Assembly: GCA_001772865.1 (NCBI GenBank)
Contig: MEVD01000014.1
Span: 2,214 to 66,213 of the forward strand
DNA from: a candidate division WWE3 bacterium RIFCSPHIGHO2_02_FULL_38_14
GTDB taxonomy: Bacteria; Patescibacteriota; WWE3; UBA101185; UBA10185
DNA: 64,000 bases
Direction of reading: 5' to 3'
This document shows, in pieces, positions 1 through 8,962 of the stretch. Made by a program: the position numbers and the translations under genes. The notes below the pieces were generated by a model. That model did no database searches and was not told the DNA's origin. It saw nothing but the letters and a program-made list of their open reading frames with translations. Positions within the stretch are counted from its first letter, which is position 1. Every line of letters starts with the position of its first letter.

Positions 1-3000
1 GGTGCGAAGATAGTTCATGTTCAATCACAAGCTAATGGCATTGAAAATGTTGAACTTGTCCACGACCAAATAAACACACTAATTACAGATTCAGACACCG
101 GTTATACAGCCACAGAATATCTTAACGCTTTTAATCCAGATAATTTTAGCAGTGGCACTTTTGATTATTTCTTCGAAGCAACCTTAAAAGCTACAGCTGG
201 AACTGCTTATGCAATACTTGAAAATGATGATAATAGCAACGACCAGATTAATAACCTTGTAACTTCAGAGGTAACAGTAATTTCAACTTCATATACAAGA
301 GTAAGAAGCAGTGCTCTTGGTGGAAACGCCGACTGGCCAGCATCTTCAAGCGAAATGGAGACCCTAATTAAAAATTCAGCCACTAATACTACATCAGCTT
401 CTGTCTCACGGTTAATTATTCAATCATCAAGACTACCTACATTTCCACCTGATCCGACCTCTCCGGCTCAATTTAAATCCGATAGTACCACTTCTATATC
501 TACAGGTGGAAGTACCGAAGAAACAACAGTAGTGCTTAAAACCAGCATGACTGATACTGATTCGTCCAGCACTTTAGTACCTCACATAGAAATACAACCA
601 ATTGGAACATCTTTTGTTAATACAGGAAATTACCTCGGAGCTGGTGTTTCGTATTCCGGTACAGCTGTCACCGGGCCGGTGACTGTTTCAAATAACTGGT
701 ATAACGATTCGTGGGCAAAGAGAAAACTAATAGCTATAGTTAATAATACTGCTTCAACATTAACTAATTACCAGGTACAAATATCTATCACATACGACTC
801 TGATATGCAGGATGATTTTGAAGATCTGCGATTTACAAGTTCTAACGGCACTACATTAATTGATCATTGGATAGAAACATATACGGCATCAACTTCTGCC
901 GTAGTATGGATAGAGGTACCTAGTATTTCTGCCAGCGATACCGGGTATGTATTTATGTATTACGGCAACGGTGGTGCTTCAACTGCCAGTAACGGAGATA
1001 ATACCTTCACTTTTTTCGATGAATTCTCAGGTGTAGCAATTGATAGTGGCAAGTGGACTGAAACTGATTCTACCGGATGGAGTGTAACCGGAGGTGAACT
1101 GAAAGGAACAAACACTACCGGCAGATTGACATCAGTCTCCACATTTAGCGATGGGGTTGTACTACAATCAAAAGGTCGAGTAGTCACTCATGCATCGAAT
1201 GGATATACAGATAGTGGATTTTTCCTCTCCACAACCGATGCATTTGGATATTTAAATATCAACGGAAATGATTTTTATCGTAATAATGGTACTTTTACGG
1301 GAATTTCTTCAGGTCCGCCAACATCTACAAATTACCTGACTAGAATATCAACAAAATCAACAACAGAGGTTAATCTTTCTGTTACCAATTATTCTGACGG
1401 CACAAGTTATCAAAATATTAATGTTGCCAATACCGTTTCATCCGAGCCGATTGTTATTGGTAGAAGATATGATAATGGAAACCAAGGACAGACATACGAA
1501 GCTTATTGGGATTTCTTTTTCGTGAGAGTTTATGCAACCACTGAACCTTCTACTTCCACTGGTGCTGAACAAAGCAAAGTTGCTTTAACCGAAGCTACTT
1601 CATATCATTGGCAGGTACAAACATGTGATGCAGAATTTTCCTGTTCATCATGGGTTTCATATGGGGGAAATGCTGAGTCCGCCGCTGACTTCACTGTAGA
1701 TCAAACGGCCCCTACAACTCCTGGAACTCCATCAACTACAACTCCAACCAGCGATACCACCCCTACCTGGACTTGGACTGCTTCAACCGATTCTGGTTCC
1801 GGGCTCGCAGCTACTCCATATACAGTTCAATGGTGTCAGGATTCGGGTTTTTCAGGTTGTGGTGCAAACACCGATACTTCCTCTACAAACTCATATACCC
1901 ATAGTGTAGCTTTGGCTGAGGGTACTTGGTATTTTAGAGTTAAAGCTACAGATGCAGTAGGTAATGAATCATCATATTCCTCAAATGGTTCTGCACTTAT
2001 AGACGCTACCGGCCCCACAACCCCCGGAACCCCCTCAACTACGACTCCTACCGCAGATACAACCCCTTCGTGGACTTGGACAGCTTCATCTGATTCAGGT
2101 TCTGGACTTGCAGCAACTCCATATACTGTTGAGTGGTGTACGGATTCGGGTTTCTCAGGATGCGGCTCCAACACAGACACTTCATCAACAAATTCATTTA
2201 CTCACAGCACTGCACTTGCTGATGGTACTTGGTATGTTAGAGTTAAAGCCGCCGATGTAGTGGGAAATGAATCATTGTATTCTTCAAACGGTACTGTTGT
2301 TATAGACTCATCAGGTCCTACTACCCCAGGAACTCCCGCTTCAACATCTTTAACTACCGACACCACTCCTGAATGGACATGGACTGCTTCTACAGATAGT
2401 GGTGTGGGATTAGCAACCACTCCATATACAGTGGCATGGTGTACTGATTCCGGTTTCTCAGGTTGCGCTGCTAATACTGATACCTCCTCCACCAATTCAT
2501 TTACACACACCACAGCTCTTGCTGCAGGCACATGGTATTTCAGAGTTAAAGCTGAAGATACTTTGGGAAATGAATCAAGCTATTCAACAAGCGGAACATT
2601 TACTATAGCATCAGCTTCTACGGGTGACAGAACAAAGCCTTCCAAACCCGGTACTCCTGAAACCACAAGCCCAACCAACAACAACAAACCTAAATGGAAA
2701 TGGGATGAATCAACTGATAATGTAGCTCTTGATAGCGATAACCCGTATTACGTTCAATGGTGTACTAATAAAAGCTTCAAAAATTGCGACGGAAAAGTTG
2801 ACACCTCTGACGATAACTCATATACACACGGCAGTACTCTTTCCGACGGAACGTGGTACTTCAGAGTTAAAGCCAGAGATTCCTCAGGAAATTATTCAAA
2901 TTATTCAAATAGAGGTACAGTTGAAATAGATACTACCGCACCAACTATTACTATCACAAGTACTGTTGTTTCCGAAACCTCAATAAGTATTTCATGGACC

Positions 3001-4812
3001 ACAAATGAGGAAAGCCAAACTATCATAGAGTGGGGGACTAATAGTTCTTACGGCAGAAGCTATACTAATGATTCATTAACTAAATCTCACAACTACAATA
3101 TTACCGGTCTTAGAGAGGGAACTTTATACTACATAAAAATCACCTCCAAAGATGAGCTATTAAACACCGGCAAAGCTGAGTTCCAACGACAAACCCTTGG
3201 TACAATTGAGGCAACTTTAATAACTGATATCAATGTGGTTATCAACTCCCCAACATCCGCAACCATCAACTGGAAAACTAACCACGCAGCTACCTCTGAA
3301 ATTGATTACGGAATTACCACTAACTTTACTGATCAAACAATCTCAACAGATAAAGTGGTTATCCACTCCATGACTTTGTCCGGTCTAACCTCTGAAACAA
3401 CATATTTTTATGAAATCATCAGTGTGGGTAATACCACTGCTGTTAATGCATTCAGAACTTTTGATACACCAGGGGAAGAAATAATTGAAGAACCTGTCGA
3501 CGAAAGCACAGGTAGTCAGGAAACCACCGAAAGCACTTCGGCTATTGACGAGATTGTTGAAACTATCGAGGATATAGTAGATACAATAACCGATACTATA
3601 AAAGATATAATAGATGAAATAATAGACACTGTAAAAGATATTGTTGATAAAATAACTGAAATCATAAGGACAGAAGAATTTAACAAACCTGTTGATACTG
3701 TATTTGCTGTTGGAATTAAAAAATTAATCAGAGATCTCCCCATACCTCAAATTATTAAAGAAATCGCCGAGAAAACTATAGATGTAATTAAAAGCCCTCA
3801 AACTCAAAAAATTATTACTTTTGCCGCTATTGCCGGTAATATTGCTTCTGCCGTCACTGTATTACCAAACATCCGAGAAATAATTTCCATGCTCGGAAAA
3901 ATTAAACATGTAAATATATTAGGTTTGCTATTTGGTTTATTTAGAAAAAAGAAAAATCCCTGGGGAGTCGTTTATGATTCCCAATCCAAACAGCCCCTGG
4001 ATCCTGTAATTCTCACACTAACCGACCCAAGCGGGAAAATTTATCAAACAATTTCTGATATTTACGGAAGATTTGAATTTATCGTTGACCCCGGTGTATA
4101 TATTCTCTCAGCAGTTAAAACCAACTATTCCTTCCCGTCAAAGCTCCTGGCAGGTAAAAAAGATGACGGTATTTACGATAACCTGTACTTCGGAGAACCA
4201 ATTAATATACAGCAAGACCAAAAAATACAGGCTCATATACCCATGGATAGAGAAAATGTTGACTGGAACCAGCTGGAAAAACAAAGAATGGGCATAGTAA
4301 ACAGAAATGTCCGCTTGTATAAAGTTGTAGACTATATGTTTAACGCTACTCTGGTTTTAAATATTTTATCTTTATCGCTAAGTTACTCATTAGAAAAAAT
4401 TGTCATCTTCTCGTTATTTATCTTTTTATATACTTACCACAATTACATAAAATCCCACAAACCATGGGGGATAGTTACCAACCTTGAAAATCATCCTCTA
4501 GGGGGAATTATTATGCGTCTTGTCCATGTGAAATTCCCCAAGATAAGCGGAGCAATAGCTGTAACAAAGGACAATGGTAGGTATAACTTCCTGGTCAGAA
4601 AAGGTACTTATCAAATTGTGGCACATAAGAAAAACCCCGACGGAACAACCCAGGAAATAAACCGCTCAAAAGTTATGGACGTGAAAAAAGAGCAGGGGAG
4701 TTTGGGACCTGACTTTAAAGTAGATGCTAAAGAAGAAAGTATACCTGAAACTAAGCAAGACTCTGCTATAAGCACTAATCCTGATAATAAATTGGATACA
4801 AACAACAAATGA
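1..4812 (+). CDS. Giant modular cell-surface protein, 5'-partial. Contains DUF2341-like and LamG/concanavalin-like domains, four tandem ~100-aa Ig/FN3-like repeats, two FN3 domains, an acidic heptad segment, TM helices and two CarboxypepD_reg-like domains.
   Basis: Frame 1 is open from nt 1 with no stop before 4810, so the ORF-track Met at 355 is probably internal. Recognised motifs: DHWIETY...VWIEVPSI...YVFMYYGNG (DUF2341-like); repeated TPGTPSTTTPT..TWTWTAS.DSGSGLA.TPYTV.WC.DSGFSGC..NTDTSSTNS.TH..AL..GTWYFRVKA.D..GNES x4; FN3-like segments; hydrophobic helices near the C-terminus. Confidence 0.8.
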   Translation, partial: GAKIVHVQSQANGIENVELVHDQINTLITDSDTGYTATEYLNAFNPDNFSSGTFDYFFEATLKATAGTAYAILENDDNSNDQINNLVTSEVTVISTSYTRVRSSALGGNADWPASSSEMETLIKNSATNTTSASVSRLIIQSSRLPTFPPDPTSPAQFKSDSTTSISTGGSTEETTVVLKTSMTDTDSSSTLVPHIEIQPIGTSFVNTGNYLGAGVSYSGTAVTGPVTVSNNWYNDSWAKRKLIAIVNNTASTLTNYQVQISITYDSDMQDDFEDLRFTSSNGTTLIDHWIETYTASTSAVVWIEVPSISASDTGYVFMYYGNGGASTASNGDNTFTFFDEFSGVAIDSGKWTETDSTGWSVTGGELKGTNTTGRLTSVSTFSDGVVLQSKGRVVTHASNGYTDSGFFLSTTDAFGYLNINGNDFYRNNGTFTGISSGPPTSTNYLTRISTKSTTEVNLSVTNYSDGTSYQNINVANTVSSEPIVIGRRYDNGNQGQTYEAYWDFFFVRVYATTEPSTSTGAEQSKVALTEATSYHWQVQTCDAEFSCSSWVSYGGNAESAADFTVDQTAPTTPGTPSTTTPTSDTTPTWTWTASTDSGSGLAATPYTVQWCQDSGFSGCGANTDTSSTNSYTHSVALAEGTWYFRVKATDAVGNESSYSSNGSALIDATGPTTPGTPSTTTPTADTTPSWTWTASSDSGSGLAATPYTVEWCTDSGFSGCGSNTDTSSTNSFTHSTALADGTWYVRVKAADVVGNESLYSSNGTVVIDSSGPTTPGTPASTSLTTDTTPEWTWTASTDSGVGLATTPYTVAWCTDSGFSGCAANTDTSSTNSFTHTTALAAGTWYFRVKAEDTLGNESSYSTSGTFTIASASTGDRTKPSKPGTPETTSPTNNNKPKWKWDESTDNVALDSDNPYYVQWCTNKSFKNCDGKVDTSDDNSYTHGSTLSDGTWYFRVKARDSSGNYSNYSNRGTVEIDTTAPTITITSTVVSETSISISWTTNEESQTIIEWGTNSSYGRSYTNDSLTKSHNYNITGLREGTLYYIKITSKDELLNTGKAEFQRQTLGTIEATLITDINVVINSPTSATINWKTNHAATSEIDYGITTNFTDQTISTDKVVIHSMTLSGLTSETTYFYEIISVGNTTAVNAFRTFDTPGEEIIEEPVDESTGSQETTESTSAIDEIVETIEDIVDTITDTIKDIIDEIIDTVKDIVDKITEIIRTEEFNKPVDTVFAVGIKKLIRDLPIPQIIKEIAEKTIDVIKSPQTQKIITFAAIAGNIASAVTVLPNIREIISMLGKIKHVNILGLLFGLFRKKKNPWGVVYDSQSKQPLDPVILTLTDPSGKIYQTISDIYGRFEFIVDPGVYILSAVKTNYSFPSKLLAGKKDDGIYDNLYFGEPINIQQDQKIQAHIPMDRENVDWNQLEKQRMGIVNRNVRLYKVVDYMFNATLVLNILSLSLSYSLEKIVIFSLFIFLYTYHNYIKSHKPWGIVTNLENHPLGGIIMRLVHVKFPKISGAIAVTKDNGRYNFLVRKGTYQIVAHKKNPDGTTQEINRSKVMDVKKEQGSLGPDFKVDAKEESIPETKQDSAISTNPDNKLDTNNK
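1693..2938 (+). repeat. In-frame tandem coding repeats of ~300 nt x4 inside the giant surface protein gene; the fourth copy is divergent.
   Basis: Nucleotide and protein periodicity seen directly: accggccccacaacccccggaacccc-type units recur at ~1693, ~1993 and ~2293, with a divergent copy at ~2593. Confidence 0.8.
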
Positions 4813-5933
4813 AATTAAAAATACTTGGATATTTGTATCAAAATCTTTTCAGAAAAATTCTATTTTTGTTCGATCCGGAATTTATTCACGACACAATTAC
4901 ATATTTAGGAAAATTAATAGGATCAACTAAACCCGGACAGCAAATAACCGAAAATATTTTCTTTTATAAAAGCAATAAATTAGGGCAGGACATTTCAGGT
5001 ATACATTTTGCCAATCCAATAGGACTTTCAGCGGGATTTGATAAGGATGCTAATTTAGTAAATATAATTCCATTCGTAGGATTTGGTTTTATAACAGTAG
5101 GAACGGTGACGTATCAACCTTATGAAGGAAATCCAAAACCACGGCTTTACAGGCTTAAGAAATCACAGGCATTGGTTGTTAATTATGGTTTAAAAAATAT
5201 CGGAGCTAATAAAATTGTTGAAAAACTTAAAAACTACAAAAAACCAGAAAAATTTATTCTAGGTATTTCCGTTGGTAAAACCAACTGCCCGGAAACATCT
5301 GAAACCAAAAGGGGAGCGGAAGATTATTTAAATTGTTTAAAAGTATTAAACGATAATAAAATTGGTGATTTTTACGAAATAAATATTTCATGCCCGAATA
5401 CTTTTGGAGGCGAACCTTTTACAACACCAGACAAATTAGAACTTCTATTATCAAGATTAACGACATTGAACATTTCAAAACCGATATTTCTCAAAATGCC
5501 AATAAATTTAGCTTGGGAAGAATTTAAAAATTTATTGGATGTAACTATAACATATAGGATTAACGGCGTTACCATCGGAAACCTAAATAAAAACAGAAAA
5601 GACCCTAATATAAAAGATGAAATACCCGAATACATCAAAGGAAACATCAGCGGCAAACCAACATATAAACTTTCCAACGATCTTATCAGAGAGACATACA
5701 GATACAGCGGAGACAAGTTGAAAATAATAGGAGTGGGAGGAGTATTCTCACCGGAAGACGCTTATGAGAAAATAAAACTTGGGGCAAGTCTAGTAGGATT
5801 GATTACAGGAATGATCTATCAGGGACCTCAATTAATAGGACAAATTAATGATGGTCTGGAAAAAGAGCTGAACAAAAATAACCTTGCGAATTTAGCCCAA
5901 GCAATTGGTTCTGAACTTCATTTTAAAGCATAA
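4809..5933 (+). CDS. pyrD: Dihydroorotate dehydrogenase (quinone), class 2
   Basis: Motifs GFDKDANLVN and EINISCPNT, and a GVGGV glycine-rich C-terminal region typical of class 2 DHODH. The start ATGA overlaps the stop of the upstream giant gene. Confidence 0.85.
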   Translation: MKLKILGYLYQNLFRKILFLFDPEFIHDTITYLGKLIGSTKPGQQITENIFFYKSNKLGQDISGIHFANPIGLSAGFDKDANLVNIIPFVGFGFITVGTVTYQPYEGNPKPRLYRLKKSQALVVNYGLKNIGANKIVEKLKNYKKPEKFILGISVGKTNCPETSETKRGAEDYLNCLKVLNDNKIGDFYEINISCPNTFGGEPFTTPDKLELLLSRLTTLNISKPIFLKMPINLAWEEFKNLLDVTITYRINGVTIGNLNKNRKDPNIKDEIPEYIKGNISGKPTYKLSNDLIRETYRYSGDKLKIIGVGGVFSPEDAYEKIKLGASLVGLITGMIYQGPQLIGQINDGLEKELNKNNLANLAQAIGSELHFKA

Positions 5934-5974
5934 GTGAGGTAAAATACGAATTGTCCTTTAGGTAGTGACAAAAT

Positions 5975-6051
5975 GCTCCCGTAGCTCAGTAGGATAGAGC
6001 AGTTCCCTTCTAAGGAAAAGGTCGGGTGTTCGAATCACCCCGGGAGCGCCA
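5975..6051 (+). tRNA. tRNA-Arg (anticodon TCT)
   Basis: Cloverleaf read by eye: acceptor GCTCCCG/CGGGAGC, D-arm GCTC..GAGC, anticodon loop CTTCTAA, T-arm GGGTG TTCGAAT CACCC, encoded CCA. 77 nt. Confidence 0.9.
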
Positions 6052-6054
6052 TAT

Positions 6055-6825
6055 ATGATTAAAATAAAAGCATTAATATTAGCTGCAGGAAAAGGCACTA
6101 GACTTGAAAATAAAGAACTACCTAAGGCCTTATTACCATTGAATGGCATATCCATGCTTAAACGCGTTGTAAATAACGTTTTGGAATCTGGTATAGATAA
6201 AGAGCCTACTATAGTAGTAGGACATAGAGCAGAAGAAATAATTAACGCTATGGGGTCCGGCTGTAAATATATATTACAGGAAAAACTTGAAGGAACAGGT
6301 TCAGCGGTTTTATCCGCCAAAAGACATTTACAAAATTCAGCAGAAAACATATTAGTAATTTACGCCGATAACCCTTTAATTTCATCATATACAATAAGAA
6401 AATTGACCGAAAGCCATATTAACAGTGACAGTGAATTCACCATGGCGGTTATAAAAACTGATGATTTTGAAGGCTGGAAAAAAAGCTTGTATGACTACGG
6501 AAGAATAATAAGAGATTCAAACGGAAATATGATAAAAAGCGTGGAATTGAAAGATACAACGGAGGATCAAAAAAATATTAAAGAAGTAAATCCCAGCCTT
6601 TATTGTTATCAGGCATCATGGTTATGGGAAAACCTTGATAAGCTGAAAAATGAAAATAAACAAAAGGAATATTATTTAACTGATCTAATTGAATTAGCAA
6701 TAAAACAAGGTAAAAGAATAAATACTGTTGAAATTGAATCTTCAGAAGGATTAGGTATAAACACATTTGAACAGTTGGAAATTGCTTCAAAATTGCTAAA
6801 TAGTAGAACTGAACGAATTTTTTGA
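6055..6825 (+). CDS. Sugar-1-phosphate nucleotidyltransferase resembling the GlmU N-terminal uridyltransferase domain, with no acetyltransferase (left-handed beta-helix) domain.
   Basis: LILAAGKGTRL...PKALLPL (NTP_transferase G-loop), LQEKLEGTGSAV (GlmU-like QxEQLGTGHAV signature), YYLTDLIELA. Confidence 0.7.
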   Translation: MIKIKALILAAGKGTRLENKELPKALLPLNGISMLKRVVNNVLESGIDKEPTIVVGHRAEEIINAMGSGCKYILQEKLEGTGSAVLSAKRHLQNSAENILVIYADNPLISSYTIRKLTESHINSDSEFTMAVIKTDDFEGWKKSLYDYGRIIRDSNGNMIKSVELKDTTEDQKNIKEVNPSLYCYQASWLWENLDKLKNENKQKEYYLTDLIELAIKQGKRINTVEIESSEGLGINTFEQLEIASKLLNSRTERIF

Positions 6826-6874
6826 TTTTATATTGAAATCACAACCTAAAAAGTAGATAATATCCTAGCATTTC

Positions 6875-6962
6875 GGGCGAGTGGCGGAATGGTATACGCG
6901 ACAGACTTAAAATCTGTTGTCCCTTACCGGACGTGAGGGTTCGACTCCCTCCTCGCCCACCA
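6875..6962 (+). tRNA. tRNA-Leu (anticodon TAA), long variable arm
   Basis: Acceptor GGGCGAG/CTCGCCC, anticodon stem-loop ACAGA CTTAAAA TCTGT, long variable arm, T-arm GAGGGTTCGACTCCCTC, CCA encoded. 88 nt. Confidence 0.9.
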
Positions 6963-7005
6963 GCCGCATATAGACTAATAACCAGGTTGGAATTACAATA
7001 CCCTT

Positions 7006-8154
7006 ATGGCTACATATAAAGATCAGTTTTTGGAATCGCTGTATCAAGTTTTTCTTAAAAATCCTGACGATCAACATTTCAAAAAGTACTTCGGTTTAGA
7101 ATTATATAAAAAAGGTGAATTAAAAGAGGCCTATAAACTTCTAAAAGAAGTGTACGCTATAGATAAGGATATAAATATTGAAAGAGCGCTTAAAGATATT
7201 GAGGAAATAACACCTCAGGATTCTTCTCATATAGGATTTATTTCAGAGACTCCTACAAAAGAACAATTAATCGAAATGATTCCGGAATTTAAAGCAAGTA
7301 AAGTAATAACTTTTGCAGACGTTGCCGGAATGGAAGGCGTGAAAGACGAAATCCGAACATTAATAATTTATCCTTTTCAACATCCAGAAATTTATAAACA
7401 ATATAATAAACAGGCAGGCGGAGGTATTTTGCTATATGGACCTCCCGGATGCGGTAAAACATTTATTGCTAAAGCAACAGCCGGAGAGATCAATGCTAAA
7501 TTCTTAAGTGTCTCGATTCATGAACTAATGTCATCTTTCGCAGGTGTGGGAGAAAAAGCTCTCCACGATATATTTGAATGGGCAAGATCTAATGCACCGG
7601 CAATTCTATTTTTTGATGAAATAGATGCTATCGGGATGAGCAGAAGTAAAACCTCGGGCGTTTTGCGTACACTTGTAAATCAATTCCTTACTGAATTAGA
7701 TGGACTAGGAAGTAATAATGAAAATATTTTAGTTATGGGTGCAACTAATTTACCATGGGAAGTTGATACTGCATTAAGAAGACCCGGCAGATTTGATAAA
7801 GTTTTGTTTGTTACACCACCGGACATTAAGGCCAGGCAAAGAATTATAGAATTGGAGCTTAAGGATAAACCCAAAGAGAATATCAACTATGAAGAATTAG
7901 CTGAAATGACAAAAGGATATTCCTCAGCAGACGTAAGAAGAATTTGCGACGAAGCCGGAGATGAAGCATTTAAAAAATCTATCAAAACCGGACAACTGGA
8001 AAAGATTACACAGGAATCTCTTGTAGAAAGAATTAAACTTGTAAAATCATCAATTACTGACTGGTTTTCTACAGTTAAAAATTATATTCAGTATAGCAAT
8101 GAATCAGGCCTTTATAACGATGTAAAAGATTACCTTGATTTAAGTGTTAAATAA
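7006..8154 (+). CDS. AAA+ ATPase of the katanin/spastin/Vps4 (meiotic) clade, with an N-terminal helical MIT/TPR-like domain
   Basis: Walker A GPPGCGKTF, Walker B ILFFDEID. SRH with the clade-specific GATNLPWEVDTALRRPGRFDK (PW in place of RPD). C-terminal YSSADVRRICDEAG helix resembles the Vps4/katanin C-terminus. Confidence 0.75.
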   Translation: MATYKDQFLESLYQVFLKNPDDQHFKKYFGLELYKKGELKEAYKLLKEVYAIDKDINIERALKDIEEITPQDSSHIGFISETPTKEQLIEMIPEFKASKVITFADVAGMEGVKDEIRTLIIYPFQHPEIYKQYNKQAGGGILLYGPPGCGKTFIAKATAGEINAKFLSVSIHELMSSFAGVGEKALHDIFEWARSNAPAILFFDEIDAIGMSRSKTSGVLRTLVNQFLTELDGLGSNNENILVMGATNLPWEVDTALRRPGRFDKVLFVTPPDIKARQRIIELELKDKPKENINYEELAEMTKGYSSADVRRICDEAGDEAFKKSIKTGQLEKITQESLVERIKLVKSSITDWFSTVKNYIQYSNESGLYNDVKDYLDLSVK

Positions 8155-8951
8155 TGGAAAAAGACACGATTCAGCAATTAGAAAATACTCTAAGTGTCTT
8201 AATGGACAGCCATAGGATGGATCTAATAGGGGAACAGGCTCATAAAATTCTTGTACTTAATCCAGAGCATCGCTATGCTACCGGCTGTTTACTATTTTCA
8301 CTTATAAACCGGCATATGTATGAAGAACTTTATGAAGCCGGTAAAAATGCTCTCAAATTGTTTCCCAATGAAGCATGGGTACACGATATGATGTACTACT
8401 ATTATCTGCACAAGGGCGGAAGTGATTACTTAAATGCTAAAAAACATATGGAGGAAGCTATAAAGCTATCTCCCGAAAGTGCAGTTTATTACCGAAACCT
8501 TGCAGAAATATATTTGATAAATCGGGAACCTGAAAAAGCACTTAAACATTTAGAGACGGCAGTTAAATTAAATCCCGACAATGCCGAATATAAAAGCCGT
8601 TTAGGTTTATCCCTCATAAGGTCGGGAAAAGTAAATGAAGCACTGAAAATAGTGAATAAAGCTCTAAAAGATGACCCGGATCATAAAGACGTCTTGGATA
8701 CTGCTGGTATGGTTTATCTACTTTCAGGTGAACTAGACAAAGGTGAGGAGTTATTTAGGGATGCTTTGAGTCGTTTCCCCACATATGAATATTTCCAAAA
8801 ACATTTGGATTGGGTGGAAAGAGAAAAGCACGATAGGGACAGCCGTATCAAACAATATAAAAAGTATACACCGTTATATCTTCGACAAAAAGACAGAAAG
8901 AGATTTTTTGATGAGGATAGTAAAGTAGATATTCATAAAGCTGAAGGCTGA
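8154..8951 (+). CDS. TPR-repeat protein, translationally coupled to the AAA ATPase
   Basis: Several 34-aa TPR-like repeats (AVYYRNLAEIYL..., AEYKSRLGLSL...). Start ATGG overlaps the upstream stop. Confidence 0.65.
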   Translation: MEKDTIQQLENTLSVLMDSHRMDLIGEQAHKILVLNPEHRYATGCLLFSLINRHMYEELYEAGKNALKLFPNEAWVHDMMYYYYLHKGGSDYLNAKKHMEEAIKLSPESAVYYRNLAEIYLINREPEKALKHLETAVKLNPDNAEYKSRLGLSLIRSGKVNEALKIVNKALKDDPDHKDVLDTAGMVYLLSGELDKGEELFRDALSRFPTYEYFQKHLDWVEREKHDRDSRIKQYKKYTPLYLRQKDRKRFFDEDSKVDIHKAEG

Positions 8952-8962
8952 TTTTAAAATAA

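Noticed and set aside
960-2531. Antisense ORFs at 960..1187, 1836..2180 and 2202..2531 inside the giant surface protein gene
   Set aside because: They lie entirely within the repeat region of a strongly supported sense ORF. Their proline/valine-rich translations are mirror artefacts of the T/P/S-rich repeats.
5372-5716. Antisense ORF within pyrD
   Set aside because: It is fully embedded in a strongly supported gene and has a low-complexity translation. It and similar embedded antisense ORFs are judged spurious.
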